NCBI GenBank assembly: GCA_049976845.1
Contig: JBMFHL010000001.1
Span: 1 to 64,000, forward strand
Length of the DNA: 64,000 nt
Origin: Candidatus Micrarchaeia archaeon
Lineage (GTDB): Archaea > Micrarchaeota > Micrarchaeia > Micrarchaeales > CABMGC01
Reading direction: 5' to 3'
This document shows, piece by piece, positions 17,786 to 26,681 of the stretch. The notes beneath the pieces were generated by a model. The model worked only from the letters and a program-made list of their open reading frames with translations. It made no database searches and was not told the origin of the DNA. The stretch's first letter is position 1, and each line of letters starts with the position of its first letter. The position numbers were made by a program, and so were the translations under genes.

Positions 17786-18502
17786 TTAACCCCTCTTCTT
17801 CCTTCCTACACGCCTTGCTGCTATGTGGCCGACTTTTGCTCCTGGAGGTGCGCCTCTTGCAACCATGCTTGATGCGCCTTTATGGTGCTGCTTCCCTCCA
17901 AACGGATGATCCACAGGATTCATCTTTACACCCCTGTTTACAGGCCATTTCGCGTTTATTGCGTGCTTTATGTAGAAGTTCTTGCCTGCCTTCATTATAG
18001 GCTGCATCTCCATGCCGCCTCCTGAAACAATCCCTATCTCAGCCCTGCAGTTGGGGTTGAGCTCTATTGCTTTTTTTGAAGGCATAAGGACTGTTACTTT
18101 GTCGATTGAGTGAGAAACTAATAAACCGTTGGCACCGGCTGCACGCACAAGCTTGCCGCCATCGCCTGGCGTTGACTCTATATTGTATATTGGAATTCCG
18201 TCAGGTATCTTTGAAAGTGGAACGACATTTCCAAGCGAGATTTTTGCATCAGACCCTTCTTCTATCTTATCCCCTATTTTTATGCCCTCTGGAGCTATAA
18301 GCATTGATTCGCTTCTATCATCATAGCGCACTAGCATTAATGGTGCAGTGTGCCCTGGATCATCTATGAAGTCTATTACCTCGCCGCTTATCTTGCTGGC
18401 TTGGCTAGATTTATATGCCACATCCGCTTTGAATGTGTTTGGTGGCTTTCGGAAGACATTGCTCCCTTTTCCACGCCTTTGCTGTATCAGCTTCTTTCCC
18501 AA
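17786..18502 (-). CDS. rpl2: 50S ribosomal protein L2
   Basis: QRRGKGS, DPGHTAP, PGDGGKLVRAAG and RGVKMNPVDHPFGG motifs; TTG start. Confidence 0.97.
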   Translation of the reverse strand: MGKKLIQQRRGKGSNVFRKPPNTFKADVAYKSSQASKISGEVIDFIDDPGHTAPLMLVRYDDRSESMLIAPEGIKIGDKIEEGSDAKISLGNVVPLSKIPDGIPIYNIESTPGDGGKLVRAAGANGLLVSHSIDKVTVLMPSKKAIELNPNCRAEIGIVSGGGMEMQPIMKAGKNFYIKHAINAKWPVNRGVKMNPVDHPFGGKQHHKGASSMVARGAPPGAKVGHIAARRVGRKKRG

Positions 18503-18512
18503 TCTCTCACCA

Positions 18513-18761
18513 TTATACCAACTTGAGCTTCAAAGCTATGTCGCTTGCCTTGTACCCCTTGCTGAGTTTTATGTACGCTTTTTTCCTGTTTCTTGTTTCT
18601 CTTACTGTTGACACTTTGACTACTTTAACGTTAAAAGTTTTTTCGAATTCTTCCTTTATTTCTTTCTTCAGAGACCTCATGTCCACAATATATGTTATAA
18701 TATTATCTCTCTCCACCATGTTTATTGCTTTTTCTGTTGCTATTGGGTATATTAATGCCAT
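18513..18761 (-). CDS. rpl23: 50S ribosomal protein L23
   Basis: P..TEKA....E..N, F.VKV.KV and KKAYIKL motifs. Start MALIYP at 18761. Confidence 0.95.
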   Translation of the reverse strand: MALIYPIATEKAINMVERDNIITYIVDMRSLKKEIKEEFEKTFNVKVVKVSTVRETRNRKKAYIKLSKGYKASDIALKLKLV

Positions 18762-18765
18762 TTTC

Positions 18766-19566
18766 TTACCCCTTGATCCTCGCACTTGATACTGCTTCTG
18801 CAAGTTGCTTTACCGCACTTTCTGTCCAGATTACTATTCTCGGCTTCGCCGCAGGGGCCAATGCCTCCACGCTCATCTCCTTCACGTTGCAGAAATCTAC
18901 GCCAGGTATATTCCTAGCTGACCTACTTATACCTTTGTCCTCTGCTGCAACGACAAGTATGCTCTTTCTGAAATGGCGCAATTTTGAATTTCTTCTAAGC
19001 CCTTTCTTTATCTTTGGATCGTGAGATCTCTCGATATCTTCGCCGAGCTTCAGCTTTTCTATAAATGAAGCAAAATCCTTTGTCTTCGATATCTGTTCAA
19101 TCTTATCTTCTACTATTATTGGCAACTTTATGCTTAGTACATGGCTTGCTTTTACAAGCTGCTCGTTAGAGGTGCCGGCTATTGCAGAAGCAAGCGCCTT
19201 CCTGTATTCTTTAAGATTTATCATTTCTTTTATTATTTTCTCAACTTTGTGAGGGTGCGCCCTCTTACCTTTCACGCTGGAAGGAATTCTCCTTACATCG
19301 CCCATTGCTCCGCCACCTAGCTTCTGCCTTGGCCTTATTGCTATACCCATGTGCCTTCCTGATCTATATGCACCCATCCTTCCTACATATGTTGCTGTTG
19401 TCTGCATACCTGCCAAGGGAAAATGACCCTGTGATTGGTACTTTGTGCTCTGTTCTGCAAGAAGAGCTCTTTTCACTAAATCCTGTCTAAATTCTCCTTC
19501 GAAAATATTGGGCACTTCGACTTTTTTGAGAACCTCGCCATTAATCTGATAAATATTTGCTTCCAT
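18766..19566 (-). CDS. rpl4: 50S ribosomal protein L4
   Basis: R.DLVKRA, GKRAHP.K, ARNIPGVD and LAP motifs. Confidence 0.95.
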   Translation of the reverse strand: MEANIYQINGEVLKKVEVPNIFEGEFRQDLVKRALLAEQSTKYQSQGHFPLAGMQTTATYVGRMGAYRSGRHMGIAIRPRQKLGGGAMGDVRRIPSSVKGKRAHPHKVEKIIKEMINLKEYRKALASAIAGTSNEQLVKASHVLSIKLPIIVEDKIEQISKTKDFASFIEKLKLGEDIERSHDPKIKKGLRRNSKLRHFRKSILVVAAEDKGISRSARNIPGVDFCNVKEMSVEALAPAAKPRIVIWTESAVKQLAEAVSSARIKG

Positions 19567-19569
19567 CTA

Positions 19570-20535
19570 TTATGCACCTTGCTTTGAAGCTGTTGATATG
19601 TAGAGAACCTTAGGGGCTTTTGCCTCCCTCTTGTTTCTCAATGCTTTCCTTATCCTTACAAGCCTTTTTGCAGGGCCTGGTATTGATCCATCAACTACAA
19701 CAAAATCATTTTTTACTATACCATAATTTATAAAGCCTCCTTTGATGTTTACGCTCTTTGCTTCCGCAGCTGAGCCTACTTTTATTACGCGCTTGTTTAT
19801 CTCTGTCCTATAATTGTAGCCCATGTGACCTGCTCGCGGCACCGTATACATGACCTTTGGAGGATGCCAGGGTCCAAGTGTACCTACATGCCTCACCTTT
19901 TGGGTTGCTTTCCTCATCTGTCTTGCAACTCCAAACCTTTTTATTACACCGGCCCAACCTTTACCTTTGTAGATGCTCGTCACATCTATGTATTCGCCGT
20001 CTTTCAGTATATCGCTAACCTTTATTTCCTTGCCAACATATTTTTCAGCTGATTCTAGCTTTTTGGCTACTGAATCTCCCCCCACTGGCAGCTCAAACCT
20101 CATAATCCTCTTATTCCCGAAACCAAGATTTGAAGGATCTGAGAAAAGAAGGAGTGAAACGTCGCTGAATCTGCTAAGGTCTTTCTTCTCAGCTTCTAGC
20201 TTTTCAAGTGTGTTCTTGCTTTCTTTTATGCCAACCTTGGCAGACAGCTCTTTTGAATACAAATCAATGCTTGGCTCTTTGTAAGTTTCTTTCTTGTAAA
20301 ATCTTATTCCGTACACAAACATCTTTGGCAGCTCCAATATTGTGACTGCCCTTGTAACTTCTGTCCCTTTTGAAGGCGATTCCGAATCGTCTATAAGTGA
20401 TATGTGCGTCATGCCGGCCTTAAATGCAACTAACCCGAGCGGCAAAGGCTCCGCTGTTTTAGGCCAGCTTCTTACGCGTGGCATTTGCTTTACGGCTCTT
20501 CTGTGGGGCCAAAATTCAAGAGATCCTCTTCTCAT
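19570..20535 (-). CDS. rpl3: 50S ribosomal protein L3
   Basis: RRGSL.F.P, KAGMTH, KGKGWAGVIKRFG, GTLGPWHP and GSIPGPAKR motifs. Confidence 0.97.
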   Translation of the reverse strand: MRRGSLEFWPHRRAVKQMPRVRSWPKTAEPLPLGLVAFKAGMTHISLIDDSESPSKGTEVTRAVTILELPKMFVYGIRFYKKETYKEPSIDLYSKELSAKVGIKESKNTLEKLEAEKKDLSRFSDVSLLLFSDPSNLGFGNKRIMRFELPVGGDSVAKKLESAEKYVGKEIKVSDILKDGEYIDVTSIYKGKGWAGVIKRFGVARQMRKATQKVRHVGTLGPWHPPKVMYTVPRAGHMGYNYRTEINKRVIKVGSAAEAKSVNIKGGFINYGIVKNDFVVVDGSIPGPAKRLVRIRKALRNKREAKAPKVLYISTASKQGA

Positions 20536-20717
20536 AATATCAGCAGCATTTAATTCTATTGCTTCTCCTCATTAAAGGTATCGACCTGGAACAGGAAGAA
20601 GTACTTAATTTATGTCGTGGTTATATTTATATTATTATCGTTGCTTTTCTTATTAGTGGAATAAGGCATATTAAATAATATTCTTTGCGTTTAGTGGCTC
20701 CTCTGTCAGTTGTGCTA

Positions 20718-20972
20718 TCAGAATATTCGTTGCTTCTCTTTTTCGCTAATTAAGGCGCTCGTGTTGCTTATTATGCGGAGCTGCTTAGCCACGCTGTTTA
20801 GAGATGCCATGAGGGAGTGCGCGTCCTTTGCACTTATTCTTATTACCAGTGAATTGCCTGACTTCTTTATTTCTGTTCTGCTGCGCTCGTGGCTTTGCGG
20901 CTTGTCCATTATCTTTATGTACTCTTTCGGCTCTTTTGCCGATCCCATGTCAATCTTCATGTATATATTCAT
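20718..20972 (-). CDS. pcc1: KEOPS complex subunit Pcc1-like protein
   Basis: ERS...I......L.I.I.AKD..SL.A.LNS..KQLRI pattern; 84 aa. Confidence 0.75.
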   Translation of the reverse strand: MNIYMKIDMGSAKEPKEYIKIMDKPQSHERSRTEIKKSGNSLVIRISAKDAHSLMASLNSVAKQLRIISNTSALISEKEKQRIF

Positions 20973-21285
20973 CTTCGCGCCTTGACGACCTATCTATTAT
21001 AAAGTTATTATTATAAAGGCGCCATGGCCCTTTGTAACCCGGCGAGCCTTTTGAATATGCTGACAATTCTTCTACTATCGCATTGCTTTCTGCAGAGCTG
21101 TATTTTATTTCAGTTATGAAGGCTTTTATTTGCTCTTCATCTCCTTCAGCAAAGACTTCGACGCTGCCATTTTTGAGGTTTCTTACCAAGCCTTTTATGC
21201 TGAACTTCTTTGCCTTGCCCCTTACAAAATACCTATATCCTACGCCCTGTACTCTGCCTTTTATTATTATGGTTGCTTTTGCCAT
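20950..21285 (-). CDS. acyP: acylphosphatase
   Basis: GRVQGVGYR and GLVRNL.NGSVEVFAEG motifs. Confidence 0.95.
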   Translation of the reverse strand: MAKATIIIKGRVQGVGYRYFVRGKAKKFSIKGLVRNLKNGSVEVFAEGDEEQIKAFITEIKYSSAESNAIVEELSAYSKGSPGYKGPWRLYNNNFIIDRSSRREDEYIHED

Positions 21286-21292
21286 TCGAAGC

Positions 21293-21856
21293 TTACCTTA
21301 TGTTTGATCTAACACTAGGCCTGTTTTTATTTGTTCCGAATCCCTTATCTGCAATGCCCCTATGCTTCTTCCCAGAACTAGTTAAGCCACGATACACGCG
21401 GCCCTTCTGATTTATTAATGCCGCATAGCCCTTATCATTCATTATAGATGGACTTGTTCTGTCGAGGAGTATTGTTTCATAAAATGCGTACTCGCCATCC
21501 TCTCCGACATAATAAGAATTAAGTACTTCGCAATTTGAAAATTTCCTGCTTGCCCTTTCCTCTGCCATTGATTGAAGAGATTTGCTGTATGCAAAAAACC
21601 TGGCATTCTTTGAAGGCTTTCTTCCTCCGAGAGGTTTCTCTCTCTTCCTTAGCCCTTTTCTTATCTTAACCCTCGCTACTATTACTCCTTGCTTTGCTTT
21701 ATATCCGAGCTCCCTGGCTCTTACGATATTCATCGGCTTTGCTACCCTAACCACACTGCCTTCTTTCCTCCAATTCATTATCCTGCTTTTTTGAAGCTCA
21801 CTCCTTTCTTTGTACGTATTTTGGAAGGACTCTCGTATATACTTACTCATTCCCAT
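21293..21856 (-). CDS. rpl15e: 50S ribosomal protein L15e
   Basis: ARELGYKAKQG, AEERASRKF.NCEVLNSYYVGEDG and RGLTSSGKKHRG motifs. Start MGMSK at 21856. Confidence 0.96.
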   Translation of the reverse strand: MGMSKYIRESFQNTYKERSELQKSRIMNWRKEGSVVRVAKPMNIVRARELGYKAKQGVIVARVKIRKGLRKREKPLGGRKPSKNARFFAYSKSLQSMAEERASRKFSNCEVLNSYYVGEDGEYAFYETILLDRTSPSIMNDKGYAALINQKGRVYRGLTSSGKKHRGIADKGFGTNKNRPSVRSNIR

Positions 21857-21949
21857 TTTAAACACCAGAAGCAAAAGGAAACAGATTATAGTTTGACTAG
21901 GAAAATATTTAATACATTGTGTTTCCAGGGAGCTATGCCGCACTTGCAG

Positions 21950-23095
21950 CTAATTAAAATCTACAATCTGGGCAAAGCCCTTTAGGTATAAGTATATTCC
22001 TACATATATTGGAACGGTAGTTTCAGCGTTTTCGTAAGGGCCAAATGTCATGCCCTTCATCTCTATTGATGGGCTTTTCGAAACTTTTATCTTCAATTCG
22101 CCTTTATCAAAAGCTATGCATTCCTTCATCGGATCGAACCTATTCAGCTCAGAAAATGCGACTTTTTTTGCCACTAATCCGGTATCGCCGTGTATTGTGT
22201 TTGGCAGCCTTATTGTATGTGTTATTCCGCTTGTGACATTCCTATCGATAAGATCACTCTGCATTATCACCTGCTTATTTATGATGCTCTCCCAAAAATC
22301 GCTTTTTTTCTTTATATAGACCATGTCCCAATTTCCATTTTTTATGCCAAGCTCGACTAGTGCGCGTTTTTTGTAGAGGTTCCTTGCTATTCTGCCCTCT
22401 ATACCTATCTGCATCAGTGCATCAGGGCCATTTTCAAGTGCCTTGACAAAGCTACGCGCTATCCTTCCGCCCCAGCCAGGATCATCAAGCTTGGGCCCCA
22501 GAAGCACTCCTCTCTGCTTGCTTGTAGGGAAGAATTCTGAGAAATTTAGGCCTTTACCTGCTATGTAGTCTGTTATCTCCTTTCTTGCTTCAACGCTCAG
22601 CTTGAACACTTCGCTAGAAAGCACATGAATGTGATACCCTCTGTTACCGCTGAAATTGATTTCTATCTCTTTCTTAGAGAAGCCAAAATCTGGAACTAGA
22701 AAGTCTTCTACCAATTTCGTTGCTTCCTCTTTTGCAGTGCCTAGACATATTGGGCATACGACATTTTTGCCGTGAACTTTTTGGCACGGCAAATTCATAT
22801 CGGTTATGTCTATATCGAAGACAAGCTCGGCCCCTGTAAGCTCCTTTCTTTCCATAGGCCTTGCGTCAGGATATTTGTAGAACGCCTGTGAATAGTGCAC
22901 ATGCATTGGCGCATTCGAAACAAGAAAATTCTTTAGTTCGGAGCCATTTTTGAATGATAAATGTCTTTGTGATATTTTATTTTCAAAGTCGCCTACCGCA
23001 AATTCCCTGTGCGATACCTCTATAGGTGCCAGGTCATAAGCTTGCTTGTAGAATTCGCGGACATTGTCCAATATCATAGTTTTGGGTTCAAGCAT
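21950..23095 (-). CDS. priS: DNA primase small (catalytic) subunit
   Basis: REF, ELVFDID, Zn motif C..H....C..C, FSGNRGYHIH and IRLPNTIHG.TGL. Confidence 0.96.
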   Translation of the reverse strand: MLEPKTMILDNVREFYKQAYDLAPIEVSHREFAVGDFENKISQRHLSFKNGSELKNFLVSNAPMHVHYSQAFYKYPDARPMERKELTGAELVFDIDITDMNLPCQKVHGKNVVCPICLGTAKEEATKLVEDFLVPDFGFSKKEIEINFSGNRGYHIHVLSSEVFKLSVEARKEITDYIAGKGLNFSEFFPTSKQRGVLLGPKLDDPGWGGRIARSFVKALENGPDALMQIGIEGRIARNLYKKRALVELGIKNGNWDMVYIKKKSDFWESIINKQVIMQSDLIDRNVTSGITHTIRLPNTIHGDTGLVAKKVAFSELNRFDPMKECIAFDKGELKIKVSKSPSIEMKGMTFGPYENAETTVPIYVGIYLYLKGFAQIVDFN

Positions 23096-23170
23096 TTACT
23101 CAGCCAGAATGTTAGACAATTATGATATGCCACGTTAAGGTTTTAAAGGGTAATCATTTAAAGTAGTTGC

Positions 23171-23782
23171 ATGCGAAATGGCAAGTTTGTAGTAGGCATA
23201 GACTTCGATGGCACATTGGCAAAAACTGTGGATTACAAGCTAGAGCGCTTGTTTCCCATGAAGAACCAGAATGTGCTTATGCTTGAGAATGCACTATTTC
23301 TGATTACGGACCTGCTTGGCCTGGGCCAGCATTCCTCAAAAAAGATACTTAATGATATAGGAGATGAGGGCATAGACAAAGGCTTAAAGGATCTAATACA
23401 AAGGCTCACTGCTTCAGGAAAAATTGAGTTTGTAGTTGTTACTGCAAATACTGAAATTGAACTTATAAGGTCTTTCCTTAAAAGGAATGGACTTGATATA
23501 GAAGTACTACACTCGAAAAGAGGAGGAAAGAACGGCTTTAAGTTCATCGACCTCGTTGTAGATGATGGTTTTAGGGAGATTAAAAAGAATGTTTTTTGGG
23601 AGGCTGAACATAATCTTATTTTTGGAAGCATTTTCAGAGGGATTGGATTGAAGGTTGCCTCCAATTCAGAGCAGCTTGAATCGATTATAAACAATGAAGC
23701 AAAAGCTTTGCTTTTGCAAGTTAAGAGGGCGGGCAGCAATGACCCTAGTAAAGTATCTATGCCTGCAAAGGTTAAAGCTTAA
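23171..23782 (+). CDS. HAD-superfamily protein
   Basis: GIDFDGTL (motif I), VVVTA (motif II) and VVDDG (motif IV). Confidence 0.65.
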   Translation: MRNGKFVVGIDFDGTLAKTVDYKLERLFPMKNQNVLMLENALFLITDLLGLGQHSSKKILNDIGDEGIDKGLKDLIQRLTASGKIEFVVVTANTEIELIRSFLKRNGLDIEVLHSKRGGKNGFKFIDLVVDDGFREIKKNVFWEAEHNLIFGSIFRGIGLKVASNSEQLESIINNEAKALLLQVKRAGSNDPSKVSMPAKVKA

Positions 23783-23806
23783 AAGATGTAATGCATAAAA
23801 ATAGGT

Positions 23807-24163
23807 GTGGAAGAAATAAAGCAAGTTATAGTTGTAAGAAACGACATAGACATGGGCAAAGGCAAGCTTGCTGCACAAGTTGCTCATGCTTCGCTAATGA
23901 GTTATTTTGAGGCCGAGAAAGCTGATCCTGATGTTACCAAGAGGTGGCTAGAAGAAGGTGAAAAAAAGATTGTGCTTAAAGTAAATGATGAAACTTCGCT
24001 TAAGAAACTCTTTGAAGCTTTTAAATACAAGCATGTCCCATGTGCACTTGTCTCTGATGCAGGATTGACAGAATTGCCTCCCGGCACTATAACCGCATTA
24101 GGTATAGGCCCATGGCTAAGTGCAGAGATAGACATTTTCACAAAGGCGCTTAAATTATTGTAG
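23807..24163 (+). CDS. pth2: peptidyl-tRNA hydrolase Pth2
   Basis: MGKGKLAAQVAHAS, KIVLKV and DAGLTELPPGT.TALGIGP motifs. Confidence 0.97.
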   Translation: MEEIKQVIVVRNDIDMGKGKLAAQVAHASLMSYFEAEKADPDVTKRWLEEGEKKIVLKVNDETSLKKLFEAFKYKHVPCALVSDAGLTELPPGTITALGIGPWLSAEIDIFTKALKLL

Positions 24164-24167
24164 CTGC

Positions 24168-25070
24168 TTACACATATGTGAGCCAGTCTAGAAACTCCTT
24201 TTCCTCGCCATGAACTATTTTATAGTATTTGTCGCTTATTGCAGTAGTTATTGCTCCTGGGGTGCCGCTACCTATCACTTTAGAATCCACGCTTACTATA
24301 GGGGTGATTTCTGCCGCTGTGCCGGCAAAGAATGCCTCTTCGCAGGTATATAGCTCCTCCCTATGGATATTTCTCTCCTCTACTTTAATCCCCATTTTAC
24401 TAGCAAAGCTTATCACAGAATCCCTTGTTATGCCAAGCAGTATGTCTGCATCTTTAGGTGGGGTTACCAGTTTGCCGTCTTCCACTACAAAGATATTTTC
24501 TGCAGCGCCTTCCGCAATGTAGCCAGAAGACGATGTCAGTATTGCTTCGTCTGCGCCACTATGCTTCGCTTCTATTGATGCGATTATGGAATTTATGTAA
24601 TTTCCACTTGCCTTTGCTTCGGGGGGAAGTATCAGCGAATTTATCCTATGCCACGATGAAATCTTGCATTTTAATCCTTTATTTTTGTTTTTGAAATAAC
24701 TACCGAAGGGTACTGCTGCTACCACTACGCTTATCTTTTTGCCTTCGATGTTGACGCCTATATTTGAATCGTTGTAGAATGCAAATGGCCTTATATAGGA
24801 CTCCTCCAGCTTGTTCTTCTTTACTATTTCTTTTATTGCGCTTGCTATCTCTTCTTCACTGAATCCTAGGTTCATGTCATATATTTTTGCGGTCTTGAAA
24901 AACCTCTTTACATGATCTTTTAGCCTGAAAATAGCTGGTCCTTTTGGAGTTTTGTATGACCTTATGCCCTCAAATATGCCACTACCATACTGCAGAGAAT
25001 GCGTGAGCACATGGACTTTTGCTTTTTCAAAATCAATAAATTCACTATCAAACCAGATATACTGCCCCAT
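24168..25070 (-). CDS. ilvE: branched-chain amino acid aminotransferase (class IV)
   Basis: LQYGSGIFEGIR, YIRP, AKASGNY, EGAAENIF, LLGITR and GTAAEITP motifs. Confidence 0.95.
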   Translation of the reverse strand: MGQYIWFDSEFIDFEKAKVHVLTHSLQYGSGIFEGIRSYKTPKGPAIFRLKDHVKRFFKTAKIYDMNLGFSEEEIASAIKEIVKKNKLEESYIRPFAFYNDSNIGVNIEGKKISVVVAAVPFGSYFKNKNKGLKCKISSWHRINSLILPPEAKASGNYINSIIASIEAKHSGADEAILTSSSGYIAEGAAENIFVVEDGKLVTPPKDADILLGITRDSVISFASKMGIKVEERNIHREELYTCEEAFFAGTAAEITPIVSVDSKVIGSGTPGAITTAISDKYYKIVHGEEKEFLDWLTYV

Positions 25071-25233
25071 ACCATCACTGCTATTAAAAGACAGTAAAGG
25101 TATTTATGCTTTTTTTATTTACTGCGCTCTTTTCTTGAGAGTTTACAATTACATGGAGGTCTTGCAGTGGCAAGAAAAGTGATACGTTGCTATGATTTTG
25201 CAAGTTGGCATGCCGAAGCCAAGGTCTAGCTAC

Positions 25234-25572
25234 TTATACGCTTACAACTGAGAGTTCTTTATAGGCAAACCTTGAAGGGTTTTGGGTTGCTGCATGGCGC
25301 AGCATTTCTATACCCTGCTTTGTCAGCGCCAGAGGCCTGTATTCCTCTCCCTTTTCAGCGAAGTCTATGGCACCTTTTTTCTTCATTTTTTTAAGGTTAT
25401 ACCATATTGCGCTTTTTGAAAAACTGTGCTTTTCAAATATGTAATCTACGAACCTTGATGCAGAGGTTATGTTATCATACCCTATTTCCATTATTATGAG
25501 GAGTTCTTTTTCTGTTACCTCTGACATTGATATAGAATATTGTGTATACTCGTCACGTTTTATTGCACGCAT
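25234..25572 (-). CDS. winged-helix (MarR-like) DNA-binding protein
   Basis: SKSAIWYNLKKMKKKGAI...LTKQG wHTH pattern; GGTGGTG SD. Confidence 0.7.
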   Translation of the reverse strand: MRAIKRDEYTQYSISMSEVTEKELLIIMEIGYDNITSASRFVDYIFEKHSFSKSAIWYNLKKMKKKGAIDFAEKGEEYRPLALTKQGIEMLRHAATQNPSRFAYKELSVVSV

Positions 25573-25733
25573 AAGACACCACCTGAGAAGTTATTTGCGC
25601 CTTATGCGGCAGACAAAGGATTATTGTATGTGCAGCTGCCGCTAACAAAAATAGCTGTGTATATCCACTTAATTATAGCGGCAATTTGCTTCATCTTAAA
25701 CACTAACTCTGATATTTTTTATGTAATGAATCA

Positions 25734-25747
25734 TATTTAAATCTTTT
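25734..25747 (-). promoter_or_regulatory. BRE/TATA promoter of the wHTH gene at 25234-25572
   Basis: Minus strand GAAAAGATTTAAATA matches the AAAG(A/G)TTTA(T/A)A motif that recurs upstream of several genes in this window. Confidence 0.5.
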
Positions 25748-25764
25748 CTACAAATCTTTTATGT

Positions 25765-26619
25765 TTGATTTTTATGGATTTATACATTATAAGGATTATA
25801 TTGCTTCTGTCATTTACGTTTGCATATGCATTCTTCGATGTATATAACAAAAGGAACATACCTAGCGGTTTTGCATATGCAAGCCTTGCTCTAGCTATCG
25901 TATTTACTTTGTTATACCCTGTAAGTATTATTGTTTATTCAATTTTAGTGGCTGCAGTTGTCGGGATTTTCTGCTATCTGCTATATAAAACGGGCATGCT
26001 GGGGGCAGGAGACGGTTTCGAACTAATATTTATTTCACTTTTGATACCAATTCAACCTATGCCTCTCATAAATGTTGCTCAGCTGAATCTTCCCTTCATA
26101 CTTTCTATTTTCATATCTACTGGTATAGTAACAGTAGTTGCTGTGCCTGTATACTATCTTATAACTGCTAAAGAGAGATTGCATCTCCAAAAGGAGAATC
26201 TGCTGAAAGCGCTGACAATTTTCTTTGCTTATCTGATACTTCTGCTTTTTATGATTTATCTTTTTGGCGTCAGGTTGCTTCCAATGGTTATTGTTCTATT
26301 GCTCGCATTTTTCTCTACCATTATAATACTTTTTGAAAGTTCCATAAATATTAGGATGATCGAATGGATCTACCCAAAGAGTCTTGATGATGGGGACATT
26401 ATTGCATTGAATCTAATGAGTGCGAGCGACCTTAGTTTTTTCAATAAGAATTACAAGGATTTTGGAAAATTAGCTACAGCAAGCAGAATAAAAGGCATTA
26501 GAAATCTGAAGCGGAAGATACCTGTATACAAAAATGCTGTTCCGTTCTCGCTTTTTATATTTATAGGGGTATTGATTTCGCTTGCCATTGGCAATCCGCT
26601 GTTTGCAATTTTTCTATAG
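25765..26619 (+). CDS. A24 prepilin/prearchaellin peptidase (FlaK/PibD-like)
   Basis: Catalytic Asp in AFFDVY and in the GxGD motif (LGAGDG), a C-terminal VPF motif, and multiple TM segments. Confidence 0.85.
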   Translation: MIFMDLYIIRIILLLSFTFAYAFFDVYNKRNIPSGFAYASLALAIVFTLLYPVSIIVYSILVAAVVGIFCYLLYKTGMLGAGDGFELIFISLLIPIQPMPLINVAQLNLPFILSIFISTGIVTVVAVPVYYLITAKERLHLQKENLLKALTIFFAYLILLLFMIYLFGVRLLPMVIVLLLAFFSTIIILFESSINIRMIEWIYPKSLDDGDIIALNLMSASDLSFFNKNYKDFGKLATASRIKGIRNLKRKIPVYKNAVPFSLFIFIGVLISLAIGNPLFAIFL

Positions 26620-26681
26620 GCTTATAGAGGCTATTTAGGAACGTTTTTATACTTTAGATTTGCTAATTAAGTGGAGATAAT

